From the NCBI GenBank assembly GCA_964016885.1, contig OZ024747.1, positions 15,686,001-15,750,000 of the forward strand: a stretch of DNA of 64,000 nucleotides, given 5' to 3'. The notes under the pieces were generated by a model, which was not told the origin of the DNA, did no database searches, and was given only the letters and a program-made list of their open reading frames with translations. Source of the DNA: Eledone cirrhosa. Lineage: Eukaryota. How positions within the stretch are numbered: position 1 is the stretch's first letter; every line of letters begins with the position of its first letter. Made by a program: the position numbers and the translations under genes. Shown here in pieces: positions 1-13,982 of the stretch.

Positions 1-477
1 TCAAAACGGCAGTTGTAAATTTTGCGATATCAGATCTGGATTGTGCATTCTTATTTCAAATCCTCATTCCTCTTGTCGGGATTTCAAACTGGCACAGAGT
101 AACGCTAATAGAAAAACCAATGTAATCAGAGCTACATCAAATGATCGGCTACTGTACTACGAACTATTTCAGCAAAGTCATAAAAAAAACGACAAGAGCA
201 AGTTTGCATGATGCCTTGAACTAATAGAAATAACAGTCAAATCTTCCTCATGTCACATTCAACCGTCATCTGAAGGAAAAAGCAAATTAAACGAGGACGT
301 CCTAGACATACAAAATAATCGAGACGGCCACGAAATGAAAGTCTTTTAAACGGCTAAAATCATTAGCAATAGCCACTATAAACACCTTAAACAGTTCAAC
401 TTCCTCTCTCTTCTACAAAAATCATCGGGCGTTGTAAACTGATCAAAAGTCTAGTATGCGATTCATATTATATCAAC

Positions 478-606
478 TAGGCGGACAATTGATGGATAGA
501 TTGTTTTGAGAAATTTGGTTCGGCGTTCTGCGTTCTGATTTCATAACTGGTCGCGGTCAGTTTTATCTTTCGTCCTTTCTCGGTCCATAAATAAAGTAGT
601 GGGGAC
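478..606 (+). mobile_element. Highly decayed S1-related SINE
   Basis: GGCGGACAATTG head and CTTTCGTCCTTTCTCGGTCCATAAATAAAGTA resemble the S1 head and central domain. Confidence 0.4.
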
Positions 607-1015
607 GATACTTCCATTGTCTCCTCTTTATTTTCTCTGTAAGAGATCAGCTGTGTTAAAACCTATAGTGAGATCATGTACACACTAAGTATATCATGAC
701 GCTGGCCATAGAAATTCATCAGTGTCCATGGATTATAGTGGCATAATTTTAATAATCGCATTACTCCTTATTCTAAATATATTTGAACTTTTGGCGTGTC
801 GAAGAAAAAGAATATATAACAGATTCACTATAACAGATTCACTAGAGCTGCAAATAAATACTCTAGATTGATAATAGAAATCAATACATGTGTAGGCTTT
901 TGAACGTGTAACGAAATCCCTTGAAAAAGGTACAAGAGAAACTTTGAAGATCACTTTTTTTTTAGAAAATCATTATATATTGACACGTGTCCAATAAAAA
1001 TATTGAAAAATAACG

Positions 1016-1075
<60 letters not shown>

Positions 1076-1280
1076 GTCAGTGTGCGTGTTTGTGTCTATG
1101 TGTGCGTGTGTGTGTTAGGAAAAAGGAAGTTTCGTTTACAGAAATTTAGGCCTTTATTGTATTGTATATCGACTTATTATGCGCGTTTTGCAGAGGACCG
1201 CCTCAAGGTCACCCATAGAAACTATGGACCCAGCACCAGTGTCGATCTACTCTGCAGACAATTGATTAGACAAAACCACA

Positions 1281-1320
<40 letters not shown>

Positions 1321-1324
<4 letters not shown>

Positions 1325-1778
1325 GAAATTAACAAATGGAAACTATATTTATAAAACCATATTTATTTCATTATACATGTTTCAAGGACACCAAGTTAAA
1401 TTATGGTGTGCTTTCATCAGACAAAATATAATATAGATCAGTTTTATAAATAAATATTGACATACCCTTAAAAAATGCAACCATTACTGTTGGAAGCTCC
1501 CGGATAACTATCCGGGAGCTTCCAACAGTAATGGTTGCTTTTTTTAAGGGTATGTCAATATTTATTTATAAAACTGATCTATATTATATTTTGTCTGATG
1601 AAAGCACACCATAATTTAACTTGGTGTCCTTGAAATATGTATAATGAAATAAATATTGTTTTATAAATATAGTTTCCATTTGTTAATATCGTATGTTTAC
1701 TCCAAATACTTGTTGAGTGCTTTATATCAGTTATAAAAATATTTGCTTGTTGTATCCCAACAATTTAAATAGAAATTT

Positions 1779-1781
<3 letters not shown>
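1321..1781 (+). mobile_element. Fold-back hammerhead element, family A copy 1
   Basis: Arms 1321-1506 and 1509-1694 are near-perfect reverse complements with centre CCGGATA-AC-TATCCGG. Unpaired tail 1695-1781; (TA)n on both sides. Confidence 0.9.
1587..1651 (+). ncRNA. Minimal type I hammerhead ribozyme (mirror copy 1364-1428 on the minus strand)
   Basis: Stem I UAUUUUGU/AUGAAAUA, CUGAUGA, stem II ACACCA/UGGUGU, GAAA, short quasi-palindromic stem III and AUA cleavage triplet. Confidence 0.8.
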
Positions 1782-1847
<66 letters not shown>

Positions 1848-2250
1848 TGTATATATAAACTTAGCGGTCTTTCTAGCACTGACGGAGACCATCACTAAAT
1901 ATTAATATCAATGTAGTATTTTATATTGATATTGCCTGGGCATCCACTGATGAGTTATAAGGGCCCACTTGTGTGTATATCTATGGATTATATACAAGCT
2001 TCTACATAACTTGGACATTATTTTTTTCCACCTTGTAGAAATCTTATAACGAAACGATCGCAGGGAAAGAAAGAGAGATTTATTTAATTATGTCTCATAT
2101 AAAATAATACAACCAAATATCCACGAAATACAGTATAGTTAACACCCCAAACACATAATTGGGATTATACTCAGGTATATCCTAATGTTTGTTGAGTGAG
2201 ATGCAGTTGGTTAGAGTATCGCTAACAAAATTTTCTGTTAATGTATTAAA
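1848..2250 (+). mobile_element. PLE terminal-repeat-like insert in (TA)n with a long-stem-II hammerhead
   Basis: CUGAUGA-GUUAUAAG...CUUAUAAC-GAAA-CGAUCG at about 1948-2062; the cleavage triplet and stem I are degenerate. Confidence 0.6.
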
Positions 2251-2357
2251 TATATATATATATATATATATTGTAAAAATTAAGAAGAGCAGAACAAACA
2301 TTAAACAATTCTTTAAAAAAATTAAAAAAATTATTTAAATATTTACCCATTCATAAT

Positions 2358-2437
2358 GCTATTACCGGAGGTTTCGCTTTACAGAGGGTTAAAGATTCGG
2401 CGAATTTCTAACGGAAAAGTAAAGTTCATCATATAGC
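2358..2437 (-). ncRNA. Type I hammerhead, core mutated (AUGAUGA)
   Basis: Stem I GCUAU/AUAGC, stem II CUUUAC/GUAAAG, GAAA-CC-UCC-GG-UA, GUA triplet. Confidence 0.7.
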
Positions 2438-3155
2438 TATTTCCATACAGTAGGAAACTAGTCCTACAGTCTGCCAATAAATTGCCAACTACCAGCTAGT
2501 GTGAGTAAGGCCGTTAGAATGACCCACACATGAACTGGCCACTAGAAAAAGCGGGAAATATTACAGATGCGTTAATGGCTATTCTGCTAAAAAAAATAGC
2601 AGTAAGCAGCAACGAATTTTTTTCTCAACATAGATAGGAGAATTCATAAAATCAGGTAAATATATCTCAGAGTACTAAGTGCCAATAGGGATATATAGTG
2701 TGTCTATAATATAATTCGTGTTCAATGGTACTAATTCGAGATACCAGAACTATAAAAATTAAGAAGAGCAGAACAAACAAACATTAAACAACCTCATTTT
2801 ATATATATTGTATTAATATATAAAGGAACAAAGAATCAGTGTTACATCATATAAATATTACATATGTTTCACTGTCGATCAGCTCGAGGAACGATATATT
2901 AGTGATCGAACCTGCAGTTGAAACAATAACAAATAAGGAACAAAACAAAATATCCCATTAATCTTTGGTACGTAGAATATCCGAAACCTTGATGACAGTA
3001 TAAATTCTTTAAAAAGAAAACGCTCTTGTGCCCAAAACACAGACATAGTAACATTAAGTAAAACTCGACTTCCTAATTATTGACAGCTTACGGAGAAGAT
3101 ACGAGGTTATATATACATGCATACATACAAGTCCAGCAGGTGCAAGCTTGGCGGG

Positions 3156-3199
3156 ACCGTCCTGATTAAGACCAGTAAAGTCTGAAATGCATAGACGGT
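3156..3199 (+). ncRNA. Minimal type I hammerhead, core variant CUGAUUA
   Basis: Stem I ACCGUC/GACGGU, stem II AGAC/GUCU, GAAA, palindromic stem III AUGCAU and AUA triplet. Confidence 0.72.
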
Positions 3200-3312
3200 T
3201 GTACCCCTGCTTCTGCTTGACACCACCAGAGGTCGTTAGCCCCGGTGCTTGCATTGCTACGTTTCTTAAATACCGTGTTTCTTTAGAAATGCGAAATTTT
3301 TGTACATATCTG

Positions 3313-3380
3313 TATACAGCTATGCTTGAAGCTAAATCCTATATATATATATAGGATTTAGCTTCAAGCATAGCTGTATA
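3313..3380. repeat. Perfect inverted repeat centred on (TA)n
   Basis: TATACAGCTATGCTTGAAGCTAAATCC-(TA)n-GGATTTAGCTTCAAGCATAGCTGTATA. Confidence 0.9.
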
Positions 3381-3409
3381 TATATATATACACATATATA
3401 TATACATAG

Positions 3410-3728
<319 letters not shown>

Positions 3729-3783
3729 ATATATATATATATATATATATAAGGGATAACAAGTTATCGTTATAGGTAATCCA

Positions 3784-3892
3784 GTTATCTGATGGTTTGG
3801 TTATGCATACATCGTATTTAAAATTGAATGACACACCTTCAAGTGATTAGCAATTTTAAGACAACTTAATCAATGAAACAATTGTTAATACC
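3784..3892 (+). ncRNA. Degenerate hammerhead in a (TA)n-embedded insert (3751-3943)
   Basis: CUGAUGG, stem II UUGGUUA/UAAUCAA and GAAACAAUUGUU (same stem III as the PLE at 42779); weak stem I. Confidence 0.5.
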
Positions 3893-4492
3893 GTGAATAA
3901 AACCCTCTTGTACTGTTGACCATGTTATTCTTCACTCTTACACTATATATATATTTATATACTGAGAGAGCGACAGACGGAGATATGTATGGGTTTGCCT
4001 ATGTATGGGCACGTGTCGATATAATTCAAAGACTATGAGGTGTATTAAAACCTCGACGCAGGGTGCTACAAGTTGCTGACTCCACAATGACAACGAAGGA
4101 ACGGAAAATCTGTATTTCGTTCGAGTATCCACCCCAACATTTTCTCCAGTTCACCAGTGGTGTAGTGGGTTGGGGCAATCAATATATATTAATGGAAATA
4201 ATAACACAGTTGCGGAATGTGTATATATATTGTTAATATCAGACAACATCCGTCTATTTCAGTATAGTCAAGTATTGCAAAATAAAATTTAAACCAAAAC
4301 GTTTTATATTGTTGTTTAAATACACCATCCGTATCACATTAAAAAGTCTTAAATTATCTAAATATGAACACTTGCACAAATCCAAATGCACTCACATACA
4401 TACAGCCAGAAACAATTATATATATATATAAATAAAGGCACACACATACACACACGTATATATATATACATGCAAATATATATATATATAAT

Positions 4493-4557
<65 letters not shown>

Positions 4558-4563
4558 AAAGGT

Positions 4564-4644
<81 letters not shown>

Positions 4645-4738
4645 TACATGCGTATACATATTTGAGCACAAACAAATTCCTATATATGTGTGTATGAATG
4701 CACAAATCATAAATATATAATGCTTGTGTTTTGCATGC

Positions 4739-4771
<33 letters not shown>

Positions 4772-5399
4772 TTTCATTTCGTAAATCATAGAACTGCATT
4801 ACAGCTATGTAATTATATCACTTAAGTAAATTACTGCACTAAGCTGCTGCGTGAAAATTACACCACTTAGGCAAATGGTATTTTCTTTGTTTCCTATGTA
4901 TTTTCTTTCTATTTTCATATTACTTATCTATACATTCATTCATTTAAATGCCTTACTTTTTCTACTCAATACTTTCACTTTCCTAAATCTTTCTTCCTCG
5001 TTTTTACCTCTTCATACATTAGTGTCATGGCGAATTTCAGTATTAATTTTCCTAGATTGTTAAGAGAACGCTCTCAATGGATAATATTTCGCTTCGGGTG
5101 TTTCCTTTCACTAGTCAACAACGTTTCACTGAAAGCACAGTGGATTAATTTGCTGTTTATTATTTTATATACCTCCTCTCGGTATTTTATATTTTACATT
5201 CTAAAGTTAAAGGGCCTTAAATGGAGGAGCGGTGAAAATACTACATTTACTTTTATTTTTTTTTGTCTGATTTGTGTTAAAAAAGAATATTTCCATATTA
5301 TTTTAGTTATTCATAATGCAGAAGACAAAACACATCACAATATATGTTGGGCTTGTGTTCTTCTCTATATTAGATATATAATAATGCCTATCAATGATA

Positions 5400-6460
5400 T
5401 AGTTTAAACAAATTGAAAAACGCTATATTGCAAACATATTACCAACGAAAAAATGGATATACATTGCTAAGCTATGTATTTTCCCAATGATAATATAAAT
5501 TCTTGCCAACGAGAAAATGACAATATTTAAGATATCAATAAAGTTATTTTCTTAACACATCGTGTTATAATGCCACAACATGGATGTACGATTTCAATTG
5601 CTTTTAAAAAACAAATATGACCAGCAGACATTATCTTCCAGGCCAGTAACTGAGGTTAACGTAAAATCTGATAGAGAATTCGTCAATTTATCAAATGAAA
5701 ACATTCCGTTTAATCTCCCTCAATATTACAATATGTTATGCCTATCCTTAAAGTATTAAACACATGCATCCGAATGGCTGGAATACCTGCTTCGAACCAC
5801 AACACAATTAAACTTTCAAATATTGCTAGCGTTTTTCAGGACTTAAGTGAGCTTCAAAATGTATTTTTTCACCATATCTGTGAGGTTACAGCTACTACGC
5901 ACTCAAACATTTTATATATCATACGTGAAACGTTTCTTTTCGCAGTGAGACACCAAAATCTGAGCCACATGCATGCAATCTGCTCACTATGCTTTTCAAC
6001 TATTAGTTCGGTTCCTTTTCCTGGTTAATCTCATTCTACCTTCACAAAAACCCATGTATGTGTTTATAATAGGAACTAAAATTAAAAACAAAAAAGCATT
6101 TAAACTCTGGCCATACACTAAATGTGAAATAGTAAAGGCAACGAGGTATATATGGGAAATGACAGAAGTAAACTAGGAATATGCAGAGAAAAATGTTGAT
6201 GCACATTTGAAATTGATAAATCATAATGCAGTGTATGCTAGTCGCAGTAGAAGAGAGATCGGAAAAAAATATTTTGTTAGGCAGAACATGTTGAATATTT
6301 TGTGTCGCTAAACCCACAAAAATCTCTGTTTTATCTGCTTTATTCAAACAACATATTCAGCCTATTAAAAAGAAGGATTTCTATAAATAAACCCAAATAA
6401 CACCAGCACTATGTGATAGCTAAAGCAGAGACGTTAGTGATAGTTGACCACGCTAACTAT
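5400..6460 (-). mobile_element. Fossil hAT (Charlie/Buster-like) transposase, N-terminal part
   Basis: Frame-hopping translation gives SNVHQHF, HVAQILV..KKRFT, ECVVAV and FS..IDE...PQLL...LFF, in the order seen in hAT transposases; many stops. Confidence 0.4.
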
Positions 6461-7243
6461 TTCTAACATGGCAGCATTTGAAGCAGTCGCACTTAGCGGC
6501 CTGTTGAGAGAAAATGTGTAAATAAAAATAGAGAAAACATACAAAACAATCAGATGAGTAAATTTTAATTCCTTGACTTTATATAGTTCTATAATCCATC
6601 AATATGAACTATAAGAAGAACTGTGTTGTCAAATACAAAATTGAATATCTGTTAGCAATGGAGAGGTATGCAGCGCACTTTATGTATTGAGGAAGAATAT
6701 AATAATGTCTTCTGTGGCATTGTCAGTCTTTCTTTCAGAGAGATTTTCGCCCGAACGTCATCTCATTTTCTAGTAAGTGTTTGTAGTCATATGCAATCTA
6801 TTATACTCATACAAAACTGAAACTTGTAAACATACATACATTAATCCGTGACATCCAAACATATAACAAATCTAAGTGTGCATGTGTGCCTGAGTAAATA
6901 TAAAAATGTATGTATGTATGTATATATGTATGTATTATGTGTTTATGTACGTATAATATATGTTTGTCTATGAATATACCTGCTTATATGCGTTGTATAT
7001 GGGCTTATGGCGCTTTACCTATATGTTTATGTGTTCAAAATACTGTAACGAATCTACACACAAGTATCTTTTGTCTGTTCACAAATAGATAAAATTAATA
7101 GCAACATTCGCCGTACATACATGCACATTTCGACACCACCTTTGGTTTAGTAAACGTACATATATATCTATACACACAGAGGCACACAGACCCCCCCCCC
7201 CAGCATAAATCTATAAATCTATATGTAAAAGTATGTATATACA

Positions 7244-7292
<49 letters not shown>

Positions 7293-7295
<3 letters not shown>

Positions 7296-7715
7296 AATGA
7301 TATTAAATAAATGGAAACTATATATATAAAACCATATTTATTCTATTATATATATTTCAAGGGTACCAAAAATTTGGGTATGCTATCATCAGATAAAATA
7401 CAAAATGTTTTATAAATTTTTGACATGACCAAGGATGATATACCTTAACGGTTCAAGTACTTTCCAGGGATAACTTGAACCGTTAAGGTATATCATCCTT
7501 GGTCATGCCAACAATTTATAAAACATTTTGTATTTTATCTGATGATAGCGTACCAAAAATGTTGGTACCCTTGAAATATATACAATAGAATAAATATGGT
7601 TTTATTTATATAGTTTCCATTTATTTAATATCAATTGAATACTTACTCCCGAAAACCGTCGAGTGCTTTGAATCAGTTGTAAACATCTATATTTTGGATT
7701 TACAAAATCTCTTAT
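7293..7715 (+). mobile_element. Fold-back hammerhead element, family A copy 2 (diverged)
   Basis: Palindrome about 7299-7632 plus tail. Hammerheads at 7531-7592 (+) and 7339-7400 (-) have compensatory stems (UAUUUUAU/AUAGAAUA; GUACCAA/UUGGUAC). Confidence 0.88.
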
Positions 7716-7718
7716 ACA

Positions 7719-7793
<75 letters not shown>

Positions 7794-9577
7794 ATATATA
7801 TGATTATGTATAGATATATATATGAGTGTGTATATATATGAGTGTGTATATACAGGTTTGTGAGTTTGTGTTTCTGTGAGTCTGGCTTCGTAGATGTCTA
7901 TGTTGATTGTAGTTGTGTGTGTGGAATTATATTTATATTTGCAGAACATATATCGAAGGTCCATTGTTCAAAATAGTTTGTTTACTGATGTGATAGCTTC
8001 ATGCACAAATCTATTCTACTTTAAGTTAAATACGTCTATTGAATGCTGTTAAAGAGCGTCTGAAACGATAAATAAATGTGCATAAACCTCACTAGGTAGT
8101 CTCAAATGTAAAGAATAGTGCGAAACACGATCCTTTTAACTTGATTTTCATTGCAGGCTTTTAATTCAAACGATTTCATGCAGCCTTTGGTGTATTTGGT
8201 CACGATATATTAATTGTAATGTTGATGTTAATGCAAATCTTGCTTAGAGGACCGCTTGGTAAGTGTTAGAAACAAAAACATCAAAGTTATATATTTGTGC
8301 TGAAATAATTAAAGCAGAATTTACCAAACAAACCGCTTACGTGATACTATTGAGGTTGAAGGAGTTGATTCAAATGGTATTTTGGAATAAAACCCATCTT
8401 GAAGCAAAGGTCCTTCTATCTAATGATTTAACAAAAAGTGGTAGCTATATGCAACTTATTATACCATGTTATTAAATGGGATTTTTTTTTTTCAGAATTC
8501 CTATACGCCATTCTTTTATGAAAGTACCATACCATTTACAATAATACTATGAAATATAACACAAATATATATATTATAGTTTTAGTAGGAATATCTACTG
8601 ACTGAGATCGCCTGAGGCGAAGTCGAATTAACGTCACTTATCAATAAGTCGGTGTTTCGTGCAGTTTTACTTTTGAGTTTCATTGCATTGTGTTTACAGC
8701 TTACATCTTTCATTCTCAAATTGTCCAGTCTTCTCAGTTGGTGAAAGGCATCGTATAATTGATAGGAATAACATTTTGTAAGTAGTCGTAACATTGTTTC
8801 TATAGAGTATATGATACTGCAGACACATTTCTCTCTAGTCCCATATTAACTATGTTTGAAATTGTAGAATGCAGTGGACATCGTAGCACATGTCATTTGG
8901 ATAGATGAAATGTTTAGCACTGGAACGTCTTTGATAATACACTTTCTCGATCAGATCTATCTTGCGGTTAATCAACATGGAAAAGGTTCTTTACCTTGTT
9001 GTAATGTGGTATGTATATCGCAATATGTTTCACTGTTATTTTCTATATTCATTCTAACACGATGGAATCAGAAATGATTGCCTTACTACCTAACGAATAT
9101 TAAGACGTTCATATGATGAAATCGAGGATAGTCTCAGTTGTTATGATTTCTTTGCTCCTCTTTTTATTGAAAATATTAGACTATTCTTTGCACATAATGT
9201 ATGGAGATCGTTTCTCTTAGGGATTTTTCCTTCTACATTTTGTTGAAGCCTAATCGGCGCATATTGTTTAAAATGCTATTATATCTATGTCAGACTAATA
9301 AGGCTAGCCAAGTTCGTTGAGGGGATATATTTAGATCGAAACATGTCCGTTGCATTCACAAAAATGGATTATGAAGACGTATCCACCCGCACATTATTGA
9401 ATTAAATTATTTAAAAAATATTTTGACCCGCTCAAACTACAATTTTGTTTTACACTTAATTCTGCACATAACAAAGTAATGGAAGTTTCAGACATGAAGC
9501 TGCGGGGATAATCTCAGGTGATTGGCGGAGGTTTTAAGCCACCATATTTAGGGTGGACAATTTTAATATGTATATAT

Positions 9578-9818
9578 ATTTCACAGTATGTTTTGACTAA
9601 AGAAATTTTAGTCTGATAATGGGGTTTAGAACCCTCAGATAAATGGAAAAAGATGAGTATTGACGTACATGTACGTCAATACTCATCTTTTTCCATTTAT
9701 CTGAGGGTTCTAAACTCCATTATCAAACTAAAATTTCTTTAGTAAAAAAATACGGTGAAAGCTATTCTATTTTCTAATTTCAAACCTGCTCACTGTTTCA
9801 AAACATATTTATTTATCA
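9578..9818 (+). repeat. Palindrome + tail insert in (TA)n (family C)
   Basis: Arms of about 90 bp centred on GTACATGTAC (9665-9674) with no spacer; about 60-nt tail. Confidence 0.85.
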
Positions 9819-9835
9819 TATATATATATATATTC

Positions 9836-10068
9836 TTTTTCTTCTTCGCCCACATATTCCTGTGAGAGACGTGAGGGAATAGTGTTCAAACACTGACTCG
9901 ATCCCCAAGTGAGACCAGCCATGTTGATAGATGTTATTCAACCATTTTGTTTGAGTTCTACCCCTGGGTCTCCTGCCGGTTGGTTTTGCCCGTAAAGTCT
10001 GGCCAGCGATTCTTTCTTGAGACATTCTAACCATATGCCCATAGTATCAGAGATGTGGTCTCTCATAC
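9836..10068 (-). mobile_element. RTE-clade LINE 3' fragment
   Basis: YYGHMVRMSQERI...PTGRRPRGRTQTKW. Confidence 0.7.
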
Positions 10069-11468
10069 CCACACGTACAAATACACACACACACCCATGC
10101 ATATAAATATATATATATATATATGTGTGTGTGTGGTTGTGTGTGTGTTTAATTGGTATATATTATTTATCATCTAGAAAATGTAATCGTAAAAAATAAT
10201 CAATATTTGAATGGGTTCTCTTTATTTGTATCATATCAGCTTTCGTAAATCCCGAATGAAAAATTACGCTAGGGACTAACTTGATGCTTTTTGTGAAAAT
10301 ATTGTTTAATTCTATGTAATCTAGTAAGTTCAACTTCCACTGGGATGCAATAAATAATCTAACATTTAAAGAACTAAATCTACGAATATCCAAGAATATA
10401 TTGTAATGAAGAACAATAAAGAAAATTGCAATTTCTCTTCGTTACAGATTTGGAGAGCATATAATATTCTGTTCCTGGAATACTGATACCAAACACAAAA
10501 TATCTAGTAACAGAGTAACGTGACAAATAGTTCCTATTTCAGAGGTGAAAATAAATAATCGAATCCAAATTAATTTTTTTCCAGTGAACATTTTAAGACG
10601 AAAACCCAAATAACTTTCAATTCGATTTTTTAGAATTTTATGAAATAACAAAAAATTCAAAACAACCACCACCACCACCACAACAACAACAACAAAATAA
10701 TAATAATGATAATAACAATAAGGAAAGCAGAGATCAGTAATGTAACTTGTTCTTTAATTAATATATATATACCTCATATATACCCCGTCCTTCACCGTCT
10801 AGTTAACTCAATTTAGTTTATTCATCAAGTTTTAAGAAAAAATATAAATATATTCAGCAAATCAAATTCTTTTAAGATATCAACAATAAAAAATATGTGC
10901 AAACCATTCAATACTCTGAAATATAATTAAATATACATGATATGTGTAGCTATGTGTATAATTTCATACGCTGGTTTATTGTATAGATAGAATTTCATAG
11001 AATTTCATTACCCGCATCGTTATGTACACATTACTGATGTATAACTATGTGAGAGTACGTTTGTTTATTTGCCGGGTGGGAGGAATGAATTATCAAGAAA
11101 AGAATAATGCATATTAAAATATTTTCTTTAAACAAAAGTTACTATTAATTGGCTATCGATCTGTTGATAAACATTAAGAGATTTTTTTTCCTTTAACAAA
11201 ATTATAAAAAAAATTAATTAGAAGGTTATTATATGGCGGTACCGTTTTGCCAATTTCAAGGGAAGGAAATTGTATTGATTCAAATGGAATTTAATTGTTA
11301 AAAGCAGAACAAATACACAAATATAAAGAGTCTAAAACACATCATAAGAAATATTATGTTTAATCCTTATTTCTCTTTTTTATAGGTTTGATTAACTTAC
11401 TTTCTTAATTTCATTCTAAGAAATTTTGTGAGCACATTCATTACATATATATGTATAAGTAAATATAT

Positions 11469-11540
<72 letters not shown>

Positions 11541-12295
11541 GTATAGTAATAATAAATGTGAAGAATAAAATCCGAAGATATATATACATATATGAATTTA
11601 TACATAGACACATGCAGATACATAGATATATACAAACATACGTACATACATAAATACCTACATACTTCCATACATACATATATACATATATCCATCCATA
11701 CATACATACATAGATTATTTTCAGAAACAAAGCATTCATTATTAAAGATTGAAATATATTAATTAAAAATGTTTTCAATCAAAATAATATCACGTTCTTC
11801 TTTTGTATTTTAAATACCCAAGTTACCATATATTTATATATGATTATAAATTAGGACTTCAAACTAGACTTGTTTGTTTCAACTAGATTTGTATGTTTTA
11901 TTCCTAATGATGAAATATGTTGGAATTTATTTATTTAGAAATTACCACAAAATGAGCAGTAGAGAAATATGTATAATTCAGAGAGAAATATCAACTAACG
12001 TATTTTCGACTATAAGTTGGTAATAGGTATTTTTACAACATTTAGGTTATTTTATAATTTAATTTACTAAATTAATTTCTACCATGTTCATGCTTACCCA
12101 GTGAGGCATTACACCACTACCTCAACCCCAGTTGCAAATCTCGAACTGGTTCTCTCACAGACATGAACTAAATAAGGTAATTTGAAACAAAATATGAATA
12201 TGAACGTTTATAGGACAAAAAGAATTTTGACCATACCACGAATGAAATTTGGTACAAAATTTGAAAGCGCCCATCATGGGTACATGTATACACAC

Positions 12296-12346
<51 letters not shown>

Positions 12347-12635
12347 GGGGGGGGGGGGGGGTATGGATATGTATATGTATATATATAATAGTTGGATTCA
12401 CGATGTATATTGGACGGGGTAGACATTTAAAAAAGGTACACATCTGTTTTATTATAGTAATGAATGGTTTCATTCTTACGAAATCATCAGGAGTTTTACG
12501 AATGAACCAGTACTAGTCCCGTAAAATGTATTTCTATGAATATTAATGATAATGAAAATAATAATACATTTCTGTGTGTGTGTGAGGGGGGAGGGCGTGC
12601 GTGTGTGTGTGTGTCTATATATATATATATATAAC

Positions 12636-12902
12636 TAAGAAAGTGTGGTAAGAAACCAGGTGGACCATAACACACCAGGGTACTTGATACTTGGAGTAGT
12701 AGAGTGGGTAATATGAAAAAAGCGAGGACACCGACGGCTAAGCTCCAGCCGTTTTGACAGCTAGATCCGAAGTAAACCAACTGTATTAGGACGGCGGGAA
12801 TATGTTCAGCTAGATTCCAGCCGTTAATACTGCTGGGTTAGTTCGGATCTAACTGCCGAAACGGCCGGATCTCAGCCGTCGGGGACCTGACTCTTTTCCT
12901 AT
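12636..12902 (-). mobile_element. Family B copy 2 (diverged, longer central stem)
   Basis: Tail 12636-12711 and palindrome about 12712-12902, homologous to the copy at 3506. Confidence 0.82.
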
Positions 12903-12940
12903 CTATCTCTGTCTGTCAGTCTGTCTCTCTCTCTCTCTCG

Positions 12941-13370
12941 AAACTATATTTATAAAACCATATTTATTTTATTATATATATTTCAAGGGCCACCAATGCA
13001 AATTACGGTGCGCTTCCATCAGATAAAATACAGATTTGTTTTATAAATAAATATTGACATACCTGGAAAAATAACAACCTTAAAGGTTGGAACTTCCTGG
13101 ATAGGAAGCTCCAACCGTTAAGGTTGTCTTTTTTCCGGGTATGTCAATATTTATTTATAAAACAAATTTGTATTTAATCTGATGAAAGCGCACCATAATT
13201 TTGCCTTGGTGGCCCTTGAAATATATACAATAAAATAAATATGATTTTATAAATATAGTTTCCATTTAATAATATATTGTGTATTTACTCCACCCATTGT
13301 TGAGTGCTTTATATCAGTTATAAAAATGTTTAAGCTTGTGGAATCCCAGCAAATTAAATATAACCTCTGC
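12941..13370 (+). mobile_element. Fold-back hammerhead element, family A copy 3
   Basis: Palindrome about 12941-13261 plus tail; hammerhead core at 13171-13237. Confidence 0.88.
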
Positions 13371-13433
13371 ATATATATATATATATAAATGCGCATAATA
13401 AAATACATGGAACTCTTTTAACCATCTTTTGAT

Positions 13434-13494
<61 letters not shown>

Positions 13495-13879
13495 CAATGT
13501 TTAAACGCTATTCATATATTTACTCTTCAAATTTACTTCATATTCATGCTACATGTATATTAGTAAGTTATTGCAAATTCTAATAACTGTGAACACTTGT
13601 ACGTTTGTGAATATTTTCAAAGATTCCCTTGGAGTTTGTGGTAGCATTTAAAAGTGCAGATATATGTGAATGTCTTCTGATTATATTTTTTAATGTCTGT
13701 GTGTATCTATGGTATTTTTTAATCCGATATGTATATTTGTACAATTTTTCATATACGCGGGTGAATGAGGAAAAGCAGTGTGTATCTATCTATGTATCTA
13801 CATCCAACTTTGCTTTATTTTTCTCTCCCTCAGTATATATAATATTTACATACACATACAAGCATACACGCATATAGAG

Positions 13880-13982
<103 letters not shown>

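Noticed and set aside
220-390. Old interspersed repeat weakly similar to 17155-17335
   Set aside because: Similarity is too low to define boundaries or class by eye.
1321-1781. MITE or miRNA-precursor reading of the long hairpins
   Set aside because: The repeats are not terminal (one-sided tail), the arms contain hammerhead motifs and the centres differ among copies. Not formally excluded without genome-wide data.
8000-9060. Possible continuation of a hAT transposase fossil on the minus strand
   Set aside because: Only a faint RWLS-like trace; too degenerate to call without TBLASTN.
9290-9352. Hammerhead-like CTAATAA...GAAACATGTC
   Set aside because: Two core mismatches and no clear stem I.
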